Shown here: positions 1 to 10,128 of the stretch, piece by piece
Numbering within the stretch: the first letter of the stretch is position 1
Layout: each line of letters opens with the position of its first letter
From: Dehalococcoidia bacterium
GTDB lineage: Bacteria > Chloroflexota > Dehalococcoidia > UBA2979
DNA: 64,000 nucleotides
Assembly: GCA_965262725.1 (NCBI GenBank)
Contig: OZ253555.1
Span: forward strand, 1,728,001-1,792,000
Direction of reading: 5' to 3'
The notes under the pieces: generated by a model
What the model saw: the letters and a program-made list of their open reading frames with translations, nothing else
Told to the model about the DNA's origin: nothing
Database searches by the model: none
Position numbers and translations under genes: made by a program

Positions 1-100
1 CGGGGCAGGGGAGCGGCGCCGGCGATCGTGTCCGGGTTCGCGGGCGCCGGAGATCTGCCAGCTGTGAGCGCGCCGGGGGCGACGGGACCCGGGCGCGGGA

Positions 101-1564
101 GTGATCGGATCGATGATGCTCGAGCAGCCACCGCCGGTTGCGGAGGTCGCGATCGCGGCCCGGTCCCTGCGTCTCTTCGACCCGGTTCTCGGCGGCGAAG
201 TGGTTCGCGCCGCCGAGCAGCGGGCGGCCCACGTCCGTGAGCAGCTCCGGGGCCGCACGGTATGGAACGTCAATTCGACCGCCGTCGGCGGTGGCGTCGC
301 CGAGATGCTGCCCTCGCTCCTCGGCTACGCGCACGATCTCGGCATCGACGCGCGATGGCTCGTGATCGGCGGCGAGCCGGCCTTCTTCGGGGTCACCAAG
401 CGCCTCCACCACGCACTGCACGGCTCGTCGGGAGACGGCCGGCCGCTCGGATCGGCCGAGCGGGAGATCTACGAGGCCGTGCAGCGCCACAACGCACCGC
501 AGCTGGTGGAGCGGATTCGGCCCGGCGACCTCGTGATCCTGCACGACCCGCAGACCGCCGGCCTGGCGCCCTCCCTCTCGCGTGCAGGGGCCGTCGTTGC
601 GTGGCGCTGCCATATCGGGCACGACGCCGTGAACGATGAGGTCGAGAGCGGCTGGTCCTTCCTTGAGCCCTACCTGGCCGACGTCCCGGCCTACGTCTTC
701 TCGCGCCGGGCCTACGTGCCGCGGCAGCTCGATGCCTCGCGCGCCATGGTCATCGCGCCCTCGATCGACCCGTTCAGCGCGAAGAACGAGGAACTCGGCG
801 AGGAGGCGACGCGCTCCGTGCTCGTCCAGATCGGGCTCGTCGACGGCTCGCCCCAGGAGAGGGGCGTCTCCTTCGCGGGCGCCGACGGCTCCGTGCGCTC
901 GGTCCGCCGCCCCGCACGGATCGTACGCGAGGGCCCACCGCCGGCATGGGAGACGCCGCTCGTGGTGCAGGTCTCCCGCTGGGATCCGCTCAAGGATCCG
1001 CTCGGGGTGATCGAGGGCTTCCGCTCGCTGGCGGAGGGGGGGCGCGCCGGCACGGCGGAGCTGGTGGTGGCCGGGCCGGACGTGACCGCGGTCTCGGATG
1101 ACCCGGAGGGCCAGGTCGTGTTCCGGGCCGCCGCCTCCGCCTGGCAGGAGCTCCCCGGGCCTGTGCGCCGGCGCGTGCACCTGGCGCAGCTTCCCACCGA
1201 CGATCTCGCAGAGAACGCCTCGATGGTGAACGCGCTCCAGCGCCACGCCGCGGTCGTCGTCCAGAAGAGCCTGAACGAGGGATTCGGCCTCACCGTCACG
1301 GAGGCGATGTGGAAGGCGCGCCCGGTGCTCGCGACCGCCGTCGGCGGTATCCGCGACCAGATCGAGGACGGCGTCTCCGGCGTGCTCATAGCCGATCCCG
1401 CCGACGTGGAGGAGTACGCCGACGCCCTTGCCGTGCTGATCCAGGAGCCCGTGCGAGCGGCCAGGATCGGCGAGTCCGCCCGCGACCGCGTGCGCGATCA
1501 CTTCCTCGGCATCCGTCACCTGGGGCAGTACGCGGATCTGATGGAGCGCCTGGGGCTCTGGTAG
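101..1564 (+). CDS. GT4 glycosyltransferase, TreT-like (trehalose glycosyltransferring synthase family)
   Basis: Motifs NVNSTAVGGGVAEML, HDPQ, WRCH, VSRWDPLKDP, EGFGLTVTEAMWK. True start may be ATG 113 or 116. Confidence 0.8.
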   Translation: MIGSMMLEQPPPVAEVAIAARSLRLFDPVLGGEVVRAAEQRAAHVREQLRGRTVWNVNSTAVGGGVAEMLPSLLGYAHDLGIDARWLVIGGEPAFFGVTKRLHHALHGSSGDGRPLGSAEREIYEAVQRHNAPQLVERIRPGDLVILHDPQTAGLAPSLSRAGAVVAWRCHIGHDAVNDEVESGWSFLEPYLADVPAYVFSRRAYVPRQLDASRAMVIAPSIDPFSAKNEELGEEATRSVLVQIGLVDGSPQERGVSFAGADGSVRSVRRPARIVREGPPPAWETPLVVQVSRWDPLKDPLGVIEGFRSLAEGGRAGTAELVVAGPDVTAVSDDPEGQVVFRAAASAWQELPGPVRRRVHLAQLPTDDLAENASMVNALQRHAAVVVQKSLNEGFGLTVTEAMWKARPVLATAVGGIRDQIEDGVSGVLIADPADVEEYADALAVLIQEPVRAARIGESARDRVRDHFLGIRHLGQYADLMERLGLW

Positions 1565-1605
1565 TGGCCGCCGGCCGGGACCGACTGGCCGGAAGGCGTG
1601 CACGT

Positions 1606-4533
1606 CTATCCGCCGGGCCCGGCCGTGTCCCCGTCCGCCCCGTCCAGTCCGAGCTTCGAGAGGCGCCGCTTCGCCTCGAGGATCCCCGCCCACGGATCGC
1701 CGACGGTCGCCAGGCGTTCCGGTAGCGTCGCCACGGTGAAGTCGCTCGGGTAGACACGCTCCAGCTCCTCCCAGAGCAGGGGCGTCGAGACGGGGGCGCC
1801 CGGCCTGGCACGCGGGGAGTACGGCGCGGCCATGTTCTTCGAGCGGGCGTTCTGGTTGACGTCGAGGAAGACGCGCCCGCGCCTCTCCCCGGTCCGCCAG
1901 CGGAGCGTCACCTCCCCCGGGTGGGCGCTCTCGAGGAACTCCGCGAAGGTCTGGCAGATGGAGCGGACGCCCGCGTAGCCGAAGGCGGGCTCTCTCACGA
2001 TCGGCACGTGCACGTGGAGCCCCGTGGCACCGGAGGTCTTGACGAAAGAGGGGAGCCCCGCCGTCTCGAGCAGCTCGCGCAGCCGGAGCGCGAGCTCGAC
2101 GGAGGCGGCCCAGCCTCGGCGGTTGAGCTCCGGCTCCGAGCCCTCCTGCTCGCGCCCGGAGTAGATGTACGGATCGAGGTCGAAGAGGAGGTAGTCGGGT
2201 CGGTCGAGCAGCGAGTCGGGCGCTTGCGCGAGCGAGCGCCCGGTCTCCCGGATCGGCATCGTCGCCTCCGGCTCTCCGGAGCTGCGGGCAAGCGAGGCGT
2301 GCAGCTCGAGGACGGCGAGCTGGCCGAGCCACATGAGGGTCGGAAGGTTGTTGCAGAGCACATGCACGCGCTCCCCCGCCGTCTGCGACGGAAGCTGCAC
2401 CGTCTGCACCCACTCCGGCCGGCCCTCATCCCAGTGTTTCTGGTAGAAGGAGCCTCCCTCCAGGCCGTTGGGGTAGCGGGTGAGCGTGAGCGGGCGATCC
2501 CGTAGGTGCCGGAGGAGGGACGGCGCGGCGCGGGCCAGGTAGAGCAGGAGACCACGCTTCGTGACGGCGTCCTGCCCCGCATGCGGGGGCCACAGCGGCT
2601 TGTCCAGGTTGGTGAGGCGTATGTCGACGCCCCCCACCACGAGGCGGAGCGACGTTCGCGCCGCGCCCTCGAGCTGGGCCGCCGCCTCGGCCGCCTGCTC
2701 CCCGAGCGAGGAGCCCCGGTCCGTGATCTCCCGGCGTCTCCCGGCCGCACGGGCGACCGCGGAGTCCGGCGCTCCCGCCGGGTGCCGGACGGAGTCGTCG
2801 GGGTCGCGGTCCGGGCGCATCCGGAGGAAGACGGGCGCGCGCAGCCTGCCGGAGCTCGTCCGCTCCGAGAACGTCACCTCGCACACGAGCTCCGGGCGCA
2901 CCCAGATCGCCGCGCGTCCCTCGGCGGGGATCTCGGCGAGGGGGCTCTCGGCGATCGAGAGCGCATCGAGGCGCTCTCGGAGCTCGGCGAGCCGGGCGTC
3001 GCTGAAGCCGGATCCCACTCTCCCGACGTAGGTCAACGCCGGCTCGGAGCCGGGGCCGGGGCGGCGGTATTCGGCCACGACGAGCGCGCCGAGCGTGGCG
3101 GCGCGCGCCCCCTTTCCCGCGATGTAGCCGCAGACGACGAACTCGTCGGAGCTCCGCGACTTCACCTTCACCCAGCTCGCCGAGCGGCGCCCGGGCTCGT
3201 ACGGCGAATCGGCTCGCTTCGCCACGACGCCCTCGAACCCGAGCGCAACCGCGGCTCGGTAGGCGGCGACGCCGTCCTCCTGGAAGCGCTCCACGAGTCG
3301 GATGCGTGAGGTCGAGGAGATCACAAGCGAGAGCGTCCGCAGGCGCTCGGCGAGGGGGACGCGTGTGAGGTCGTAGCCCTCGAGCTCCACGAGGTCGAAG
3401 AGGTACAGGCGCACGGGCGTCTCGGAGGCGGCGCGCTGGATGTCGACCTCGTTCTGGAGGTTGATGCGGTGCTGCAGCAGTTCGAAGGAGGGCCGTCCCG
3501 CTTGGTCGATCGCGACGATCTCGCCGTCGATCAGTGCCCCGGCGAGCGGCTGCTCGGCCAGCTCGCGCGCGAGCAGCGGGTAGGCGCGGCTGACATCGAC
3601 GCCGCGGCGGCTGGTGAGCGTGACCGTCGGCGCGCCTTCCCCGCTCTGCGCGATCCGCGCGAGCGTACGCACGCCGTCGAGCTTGGGTTCGAAGACCCAG
3701 CCGGCGCGCGAGAAGGGGCGCTCTGTCGCCGTCGCGAGCATAGGCGCGCGCTCATCCCGGCGCCGGGCCGGCAGTGGTTGGGCCCCATCGAGTTCGGCCG
3801 GCCGCAGCGGCGGGGGCCGGAGCCCGCGCGGGGCACGGTGTCCGGCCTTCAGGCGGTCGACGCTGAGATCGGAGATCACCGAGTCGAGCTCGGAGGTCAG
3901 CTCGCCCCCGCTCGCCTCGTCGCGATGCTTCAGGAGGAGCCAGCCCTCCTCGCCCCCGCCGCCGTGCGTCCGCGCAGCTCCGCCTCCTGGGGACCCGCCG
4001 GTGCGCACCAGTGCCCACGAGCCCTTCATCCGGTGCCCGCGCATGCGCACGGAGAGCTTTCCTTCGGCGAGTGCCGCGCGCATTCGCTCCTCGGCCTCGG
4101 TGCGGTCGTGGAAGGAGAGCACGCCGCCCTCGTCGGGCGAGTAGGTGCCGCGGTCCCAGACGATGACCTCGCCGGCGCCGTACTCGCCGGGGGGGATCAC
4201 GCCCTCGAAGCGCGCGTAGTCGAGCGGGTGATCCTCGACACGGGCGGCGAGGCGCCGCTCGCCCGGCTCCGCCGAGGGACCTCGTGGAATCGCCCACGAG
4301 AGCATGACGCCATCGAGTTCGAGCCTCAGGTCGTAGTGCAAGCGCCGCGCGGCATGCCGTTGCACGACGAAGGTGAGAGGCCCGTCGGCCGGCTCGGGGA
4401 TCTCGACCCCGGGCTCGCTCGTCCGCCCGAAGTCGCGCTTGCGGGAGTAGCTGTCGAGCGCGTCGCGCCCGCCCCGGGTCGCGGGGCTCGGGGCGCCTGC
4501 GCGAGCGGATCGCGTGCCCCGTCGGCTCGGCAC
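1606..4533 (-). CDS. ligD: DNA ligase D (3'-phosphoesterase + ATP-dependent ligase + primase/polymerase domains)
   Basis: FVVQRHAARRLHYDLRLE (PE domain), EPKLDG (KxDG), EGVVAK, FDLDP and KTSGATGLH (polymerase). Adjacent to ku. Confidence 0.95.
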   Translation of the reverse strand: MPSRRGTRSARAGAPSPATRGGRDALDSYSRKRDFGRTSEPGVEIPEPADGPLTFVVQRHAARRLHYDLRLELDGVMLSWAIPRGPSAEPGERRLAARVEDHPLDYARFEGVIPPGEYGAGEVIVWDRGTYSPDEGGVLSFHDRTEAEERMRAALAEGKLSVRMRGHRMKGSWALVRTGGSPGGGAARTHGGGGEEGWLLLKHRDEASGGELTSELDSVISDLSVDRLKAGHRAPRGLRPPPLRPAELDGAQPLPARRRDERAPMLATATERPFSRAGWVFEPKLDGVRTLARIAQSGEGAPTVTLTSRRGVDVSRAYPLLARELAEQPLAGALIDGEIVAIDQAGRPSFELLQHRINLQNEVDIQRAASETPVRLYLFDLVELEGYDLTRVPLAERLRTLSLVISSTSRIRLVERFQEDGVAAYRAAVALGFEGVVAKRADSPYEPGRRSASWVKVKSRSSDEFVVCGYIAGKGARAATLGALVVAEYRRPGPGSEPALTYVGRVGSGFSDARLAELRERLDALSIAESPLAEIPAEGRAAIWVRPELVCEVTFSERTSSGRLRAPVFLRMRPDRDPDDSVRHPAGAPDSAVARAAGRRREITDRGSSLGEQAAEAAAQLEGAARTSLRLVVGGVDIRLTNLDKPLWPPHAGQDAVTKRGLLLYLARAAPSLLRHLRDRPLTLTRYPNGLEGGSFYQKHWDEGRPEWVQTVQLPSQTAGERVHVLCNNLPTLMWLGQLAVLELHASLARSSGEPEATMPIRETGRSLAQAPDSLLDRPDYLLFDLDPYIYSGREQEGSEPELNRRGWAASVELALRLRELLETAGLPSFVKTSGATGLHVHVPIVREPAFGYAGVRSICQTFAEFLESAHPGEVTLRWRTGERRGRVFLDVNQNARSKNMAAPYSPRARPGAPVSTPLLWEELERVYPSDFTVATLPERLATVGDPWAGILEAKRRLSKLGLDGADGDTAGPGG

Positions 4534-4553
4534 GGCGGCGGATGCGCCCGGTG

Positions 4554-5438
4554 CTAGCCGGCGGCCTCGCGCCGCCGGGCTTCGCGTTGGCGCCCGTTGG
4601 AGGCGGCGACGAGCCCGCCCTCGGGCTCGTCGTGAACGTCGGTGGAGGGCGAATCATCGTCGCGGTGGTGGGCGAGGGCCGCGTCGACGCTCGCCCGGAG
4701 CGCGGCCATCAGATCGACGACCGGGGTCGCGGGCGCGGGTCCCGTCTCGCCGGCCACGACCTCGCCGCCCTCGAGCTTCGCCGTGATGAGCGCGGTCAGC
4801 GCCTCGCGGTAGTCATCGGTGTAGCTGGCCGGATCGAAGGGCTGCCGCATCATGTCGATGAGCGCGAGCGCCATCTGAAGCTCCTGCTCGCTGACTGCGA
4901 CCTCGCTCACGTCGCCGGCGGCGGGGCGGATCTCGTCCGCGTGCAGAAGCGTCTCGAGGATGATGACTCCGTCCGAAGCCCGGAGCGCGCAGAGCTGCTC
5001 CCGGTTGCGGATGGCGATCTTGGCGATGCCCGTGAGGCCGCGCTCCTGGAGCGCCCCGCGCAGGAGCGCGAAGGGCTTCTCCCCGCTCTCGTCGGGCTCC
5101 AGGTAGTACGACTTCTCGTAGTAGATGGGGTCGATCTCGCCGGCCTCGACGAAGGAGGAGAGTGTGATCGTGTGCTTGCTCGCGACCGGAAGACCCTCGA
5201 AATCCTTCTCTTCCACCACGACGTAGCTGTCCCTGGCGTACTCGTAGCCGCGCACGATCTCCTCGGGGGCGAGCTCGCGCTCGTCGACGGGGCACCACCT
5301 GAGGTAGCGCACGCGCGAGTGATCGTCCCGGTGGAGCTGGCGGAAGGAGACGTCCTTGCTCTCCGTGGCGGTGTAGAGCCTCACGGGGATGTGGACCATC
5401 CCGAAGGTGATGGCGCCGCGCCAGATGGCCCTGGCCAT
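4554..5438 (-). CDS. ku: NHEJ Ku protein
   Basis: MARAIWRGAITFGMVHIPVRLY, IDPIYYEKSYYL, VVDLMAAL. Start placed at ATG 5438. Confidence 0.95.
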   Translation of the reverse strand: MARAIWRGAITFGMVHIPVRLYTATESKDVSFRQLHRDDHSRVRYLRWCPVDERELAPEEIVRGYEYARDSYVVVEEKDFEGLPVASKHTITLSSFVEAGEIDPIYYEKSYYLEPDESGEKPFALLRGALQERGLTGIAKIAIRNREQLCALRASDGVIILETLLHADEIRPAAGDVSEVAVSEQELQMALALIDMMRQPFDPASYTDDYREALTALITAKLEGGEVVAGETGPAPATPVVDLMAALRASVDAALAHHRDDDSPSTDVHDEPEGGLVAASNGRQREARRREAAG

Positions 5439-5526
5439 GGGACCCTCCCGACCACTTGTCCGCCGCGCGGGGCGGACGCCGCTGGGGCCGCGCGTCGGCG
5501 CGATCACGGCGTCGGTCGTGCCCTCA

Positions 5527-5532
5527 AGTATA
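5527..5532 (-). promoter_or_regulatory. Candidate -10 box (TATACT) for ku-ligD
   Basis: Rare AT-rich hexamer about 90 nt upstream of the ku ATG. Confidence 0.45.
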
Positions 5533-5566
5533 ACGACCGGTGCGCGGAGGGAGCGGGGGTGTCGTC

Positions 5567-5881
5567 CTACCCGCCGACGTGCTCCCCGCGCTGCATGAAT
5601 TGTTCGGCGGCCTGCACAGCGTCGCGCGCCTCGGCCTGAGTCATGACGCGCGAGAGGAGCATCGGCGCGAGCGCCTCCACGGCGTCCGCCACGTCCGGGT
5701 CGCTCGCACGCAGCAACTCATGTGCCTCGGCCGGCGTCCGCCCCGCGCACCAGTAGGGGCCGAGCGCCGCCGCCACGAAGAGCCCGCCAGCGAGCTGCAC
5801 CCGCTCCTCGGAGCGCAAGCGGGAGCGCTCCAGCACCGAGGAGAGCTGCTTCGCGATGCGGCCCATCTCGCCCTCGTCCAT
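5567..5881 (-). CDS. Hypothetical protein (104 aa)
   Basis: Protein-like composition, ATG start, TATGAT -10 box 9 nt upstream. Confidence 0.65.
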   Translation of the reverse strand: MDEGEMGRIAKQLSSVLERSRLRSEERVQLAGGLFVAAALGPYWCAGRTPAEAHELLRASDPDVADAVEALAPMLLSRVMTQAEARDAVQAAEQFMQRGEHVGG

Positions 5882-5981
5882 GGTGAGAGGATCATACCGC
5901 GAACTGAGTAGATGGGGAAGCCTCTTATCAGTTGCCGCGACGTGAGGCCGGGACGAGGCGCCGGCGGGCGGCCTGCCCGGG

Positions 5982-6344
5982 CTACGCCGGCGGCGCGCGC
6001 TGCCAGTCGTCCTCCTCCAGCTCGGCGATGAGGAGCCGCATCAGCTCGTCCGGGCCGCAGAAGGCGAGTGGGCCGTCTGCGGCCTCGGCGGCGAGCGCCG
6101 CGCCCAGCGCCTGATCGGGTGTCCCGACCGCGGGCGCGGCGGGCGGCTGGGAGCGGCTCCCCGCGTACCGAATCGCGCTCAGGCGCCGCTCGTCGGCGCG
6201 CACCGCCTCCTCGAAGCGGCTCAGCAGGTCGAGCGAGTCCCGGGGGAGCGCAGCGAGCAACCGCTCGCGAGCCGCCTCCGGGGCCCCCGGAGTCTCCGCG
6301 GCCTCACCCCATCGCGTCTGGTCCACGTCACCTAACCCCCGCAC
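5982..6344 (-). CDS. Hypothetical protein (~120 aa)
   Basis: Helical, protein-like composition; co-oriented with neighbours. Start uncertain. Confidence 0.5.
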   Translation of the reverse strand: MRGLGDVDQTRWGEAAETPGAPEAARERLLAALPRDSLDLLSRFEEAVRADERRLSAIRYAGSRSQPPAAPAVGTPDQALGAALAAEAADGPLAFCGPDELMRLLIAELEEDDWQRAPPA

Positions 6345-6416
6345 GACTCACTCCTCGCCGCCTCGATCGTCGGTCGCCCCGGGCGAGCCGTACCAGCGCC
6401 CTGCCCCATCCCCCGG

Positions 6417-7781
6417 TTACCCTGCGCGGAGCTCCCGGAGGGCGTCCTCGACGCCCTTGTGGAAGGTGGGATAGGCGAAGTGCATGCGGCGGAACTCGTC
6501 GACGGGCACCGCGGCGTGGACGGCGAGCGCCAGCATGCCAAGTACCTCGCCCCCGTGCGGGCCGACCGAGGTGGCACCGACCAGGACGCCCCGCTCGGCG
6601 TCCTCGACGAGCTTGATAAACCCCTCGTTCCCCGCCTTGTGCATCCACCCGCGCGCGGTCCACGGGACCTGCTGCGTTCCGACGCGCACCTGCATGCCGG
6701 CGTCCCGCGCCTGTTGCTCGCTCAGCCCGACCGCCCCGACCTCGGGGTCGGTGAAAGTCGCGCGCGCCGACCCGCGGTAGTCGGCGGCGCGGACATCGCG
6801 TCCGAGGATGTCGGCGATCGCAATGCTCGCCTGGTAGTACGCCATGTGCGTGAAGAGGCCGGTGCCGGTCGCGTCTCCGATCGCCCAGAGCCCGTCGCCC
6901 GCGCGCATCCGCCCATCGACCGGAACGAAGCGTGCGCCCTCCTCGAGGCCGACCGTGCCGACGCCGAGCCCCCGCAGGTCTGTGGTCCGGCCCGTCGCGA
7001 CGAGCAGCTGCTCCGCGTCGACGGTCTCGCCGCCGTCGAGAGTGAGGCGCACGCCGGGGCCGGCGGCTTCCACCAGGGTGGCGGCGGCGCCGGTGCGCAC
7101 GCCGATCCCCTCGCGCTCGAAGACATCGGCAATGAGCGCGCCCACCTCCGGCTCCTCGAGCGGGAGCAGGCGGTCGAGCGCCTCGACCACCGTGACGGCC
7201 ACGCCGAAGCGGGAGAGCGCCTGACCGATCTCCATCCCGATCGCGCCGCCGCCCAGCACGACCAGTGAGGCGGGGAGCTTCTCCACCTGCACCGCCTCGT
7301 GGTTGGTCCAGTAGTCGACGCCCGCGAGGCCGGGGATAGGCGGCACCGCGGGGCTCGTGCCGGTGGCGATGACCACGGCGCGGCTCGCCTCGATCTCGTC
7401 GCCGTCGACCACCACGCGGCCCGGCCCGACAAGGCGCCCCTCGCCGCGCACGAAGTGCCCGCCCTTGCCGACGAAACGGTCGACGGCGACCTGATCGTTC
7501 CAGTGGTCGGTCGCCTCCTCGCGGATGCGCTGAGCCACGGGCGCCCAGTCCGGCGTGACGCTTACCTCCCCGGCCATCCCCGGGATGCGCCGGGCCTCCG
7601 CCAGCAGGTTCGCCGCCCGGATCATCATCTTCGAGGGGATGCACCCGTAGTACGGACACTCGCCGCCGATGAGGTGGCGCTCGATGCCGACCACCGTGAG
7701 CCCGGCCTCGGCGAGAGTCCCTCCGACGTGCTCGCCGCCCGGGCCGAGCCCGATCACCACCACGTCCGCCTGCCGTTTCAC
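6417..7781 (-). CDS. FAD-dependent pyridine nucleotide-disulfide oxidoreductase (Lpd/MerA-like family)
   Basis: VVVIGLGPGG, redox motif GGECPYYGCIPSK, GGGAIG, C-terminal AYPTF. GTG start at 7781. Confidence 0.9.
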   Translation of the reverse strand: MKRQADVVVIGLGPGGEHVGGTLAEAGLTVVGIERHLIGGECPYYGCIPSKMMIRAANLLAEARRIPGMAGEVSVTPDWAPVAQRIREEATDHWNDQVAVDRFVGKGGHFVRGEGRLVGPGRVVVDGDEIEASRAVVIATGTSPAVPPIPGLAGVDYWTNHEAVQVEKLPASLVVLGGGAIGMEIGQALSRFGVAVTVVEALDRLLPLEEPEVGALIADVFEREGIGVRTGAAATLVEAAGPGVRLTLDGGETVDAEQLLVATGRTTDLRGLGVGTVGLEEGARFVPVDGRMRAGDGLWAIGDATGTGLFTHMAYYQASIAIADILGRDVRAADYRGSARATFTDPEVGAVGLSEQQARDAGMQVRVGTQQVPWTARGWMHKAGNEGFIKLVEDAERGVLVGATSVGPHGGEVLGMLALAVHAAVPVDEFRRMHFAYPTFHKGVEDALRELRAG

Positions 7782-7894
7782 CGATGCCTCCTCGTGCCGC
7801 CGGGGGGCGCCCGCCTCCCGCGGCGACTGTACCGGGCGCCCGGGGCAACCGCACGCGCCCGACCGCAGCGGCGGAAGCGTCGTGCCGGTGTGCG

Positions 7895-9019
7895 CTAGGC
7901 GAGCAGCTCCGGCGTGAGGGAGGCCACGTCGGGAGCGCCGGCGAGCATCATCGCGAGCTCCACCTCGGCGGCGAGCAGCCCCAGCGCGTGCCGGACGCCC
8001 TCCTCCCCGCCTCCCCCGGCGCCGGCCGCGAGCGCCCAGAGCACCGGGCGGCCGAGCATCACCGCGTGAGCGCCCGATGCCAGCGCCTTCAGCACGTCGG
8101 TGCCGCGTCGGATGCCGCCGTCGACCAGGACGACGGCGCGCCCGTCGCCGGCCCGGGAGACCGCCTCCGCGACCGCGGGGAGCGCCTCGATGGTGGCGGG
8201 CGCGGTGTCGAGCTGGCGGCCGCCGTGGTTGGAGACGACGACGCCCGCGACGCCGCGCTCCACGGCGAGTCGGCCGTCCCGCGGGTCGAGCACCCCCTTC
8301 ATGAGCACGGGGAGCCGCGTCTCGCCGGCGAGCCACTCCAGGTCGCGCCAGGTGAGCGTGGGGTCGAGGTTCCGCTCGAAGTAGGCGGCCAGGCTCGACC
8401 CGACTCCCGTGGGCTCGAGGCGGGTGCGCTCTTGCTCCGCTGCGGCGATGAGGTTCGCGGCGACGAGACCGGCCGGGAGGTGGAATCCGCTGCGCGCGTC
8501 GCGCTCGCGGTTGCCGAGGCGGGGGGCGTCGACCGTGAGCACGAGTGCCTCGTAGCCGGCGGCCTCGGCGCGCGCGACCAGCTCCCGGGTGAGCCCCCGA
8601 TCCCGGAAGACGTAGAGCTGGAACCACGGGGGCGCCGCCGGCGATCCCGCGGCCGCCACGTCCTCGATCGACGTGGTCGAGAGCGTGGAGAGGGTCATCG
8701 TCACACCCGAGCCGGCGGCGGCGCGGGCGACGCCGAGTTCGCCGTCCGCGTGTGCGAGCCGCTGGAACGCCATCGGCGCGATCACGACCGGCATCGGATG
8801 GCGCCGCCCCAGGAGCTCGACCCCCGTGTCGACCGTCGATACGTCGACGAGCACGCGCGGCACGAGCGCCATCTGCTCGTAGGCGGCGCGGTTGCGGCCG
8901 AGGGTGAGCTCGTCGTGCGCGCCGCCCGCGTAGTAGTCGAACGCCATCGGGTCAAGGGCGGCGCGCGCCCGCTCCTCGAGCTCGAGGAGGTTGAGGGGAG
9001 CGGCTTCGTCCCGGGTCAC
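7895..9019 (-). CDS. FMN-dependent alpha-hydroxy acid oxidase/dehydrogenase
   Basis: DYYAGGA, WFQLY, LTVD, SNHGGRQLD, DGGIRRGTDVLKALA. Confidence 0.93.
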   Translation of the reverse strand: MTRDEAAPLNLLELEERARAALDPMAFDYYAGGAHDELTLGRNRAAYEQMALVPRVLVDVSTVDTGVELLGRRHPMPVVIAPMAFQRLAHADGELGVARAAAGSGVTMTLSTLSTTSIEDVAAAGSPAAPPWFQLYVFRDRGLTRELVARAEAAGYEALVLTVDAPRLGNRERDARSGFHLPAGLVAANLIAAAEQERTRLEPTGVGSSLAAYFERNLDPTLTWRDLEWLAGETRLPVLMKGVLDPRDGRLAVERGVAGVVVSNHGGRQLDTAPATIEALPAVAEAVSRAGDGRAVVLVDGGIRRGTDVLKALASGAHAVMLGRPVLWALAAGAGGGGEEGVRHALGLLAAEVELAMMLAGAPDVASLTPELLA

Positions 9020-9089
9020 GCTCCCGGTGCCTTCCGGGAGGCCGGCCGCCCCCGTGCGTGGGCGGCGCCGATCTTCGTGCTCCCGGTGC

Positions 9090-10004
9090 CTACAGCCACG
9101 TGCCGGGCCGCTCCTCCCAGACGAACTGCAGCAGCATGCCGCCGGTGTCGTGCGGGTGCAGGAAGGCCTCGCGGTAGCGCGCGCCCTCGACCGTGCCTTC
9201 CTCGACGCCGAAGGGCCGCACGCCGTGGTGCGCGCAGGCCGCGAGGGCGCGTTCCCAGTCCGCGACGAGGAACGTGACGTGGTGCGGCCCGGGCCCGCGC
9301 GCGTCGAGGAAGCGCTGGATGAAGGATCCCTCGCCGCGGGGTGCGATGACCTCCCATCTCATCTCGCCCGTGGGGAGATCGAGCACGGCCGTGTCGTAGT
9401 CGCGATCCGGCTCACGGGGCCCGCGGAAGACCGTACGGAAGCCGAAGAGCTGCTCGTACCAGCCGGCGAGCGACTCGCGATCCGAGCCGGCGTGCGAGAG
9501 GTGGTGCAGCTCGGTGATGCCGAGTGTCGGGTGCCCGGGATCCCAGCGCTCGGCTCGCATCCGCTCGGCGTCGTTCCACTCCGGCCCGGCGAAGAGCTGG
9601 ATGAGCAGGCCCCGCCCGCCGCGGCGGGGGTGCAGGAAGGTCACGGCGCGGCCGTCGTTCTCGCCGGCGGTCTCGGTGCCGAACGGCTCGATACCCGCGC
9701 GCCGCAGCTCGTCGAGGGCTTCCTCGAGGTCCTCGACCTGGAAGGCGACGTGATGCAGCCCCGGTCCCAGGGGACCCTCCAGAAAGCCGCTCAGGAAGGA
9801 GTGCGCGCCCGTCGGCGCCAGCACCTCCCACCCGACGCCGGAGCGCCCCGGCACGTCGAACGAGACGCCGACGAAACCCTGTCCCTCGTATGGGTAGGTC
9901 TCGCGCCGCCGGAAGCCGAGGAGCCCCTCGAGGATCGCGGACTGCCGCTTCTCGTCCGGGACGGCCATCGCGATGTGGTCGACGTGGAGCGTCTCGATAA
10001 CCAC
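9090..10004 (-). CDS. Tandem two-domain VOC protein (methylmalonyl-CoA epimerase-like)
   Basis: Two repeats of H..., WEV(L/I)AP, SF...FL, GPGxHHV, FLHP. Start approximate. Confidence 0.8.
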   Translation of the reverse strand: MVIETLHVDHIAMAVPDEKRQSAILEGLLGFRRRETYPYEGQGFVGVSFDVPGRSGVGWEVLAPTGAHSFLSGFLEGPLGPGLHHVAFQVEDLEEALDELRRAGIEPFGTETAGENDGRAVTFLHPRRGGRGLLIQLFAGPEWNDAERMRAERWDPGHPTLGITELHHLSHAGSDRESLAGWYEQLFGFRTVFRGPREPDRDYDTAVLDLPTGEMRWEVIAPRGEGSFIQRFLDARGPGPHHVTFLVADWERALAACAHHGVRPFGVEEGTVEGARYREAFLHPHDTGGMLLQFVWEERPGTWL

Positions 10005-10128
10005 GTGCACCGTCCCGTACGCTGCGCCGCTCTCCGGCCGGCCCGAGTGTGCCGCGCGGTCGTGCCTCGCGCCAGCGCAGTGCGCTAGACTGCCGTCGCC
10101 GCTCGGCGGCGCGCCGACGTGGAGTCCC

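Noticed and set aside
6417-7781. Mercuric reductase MerA
   Set aside because: No C-terminal Cys-Cys pair, no NmerA domain and no neighbouring mer genes.
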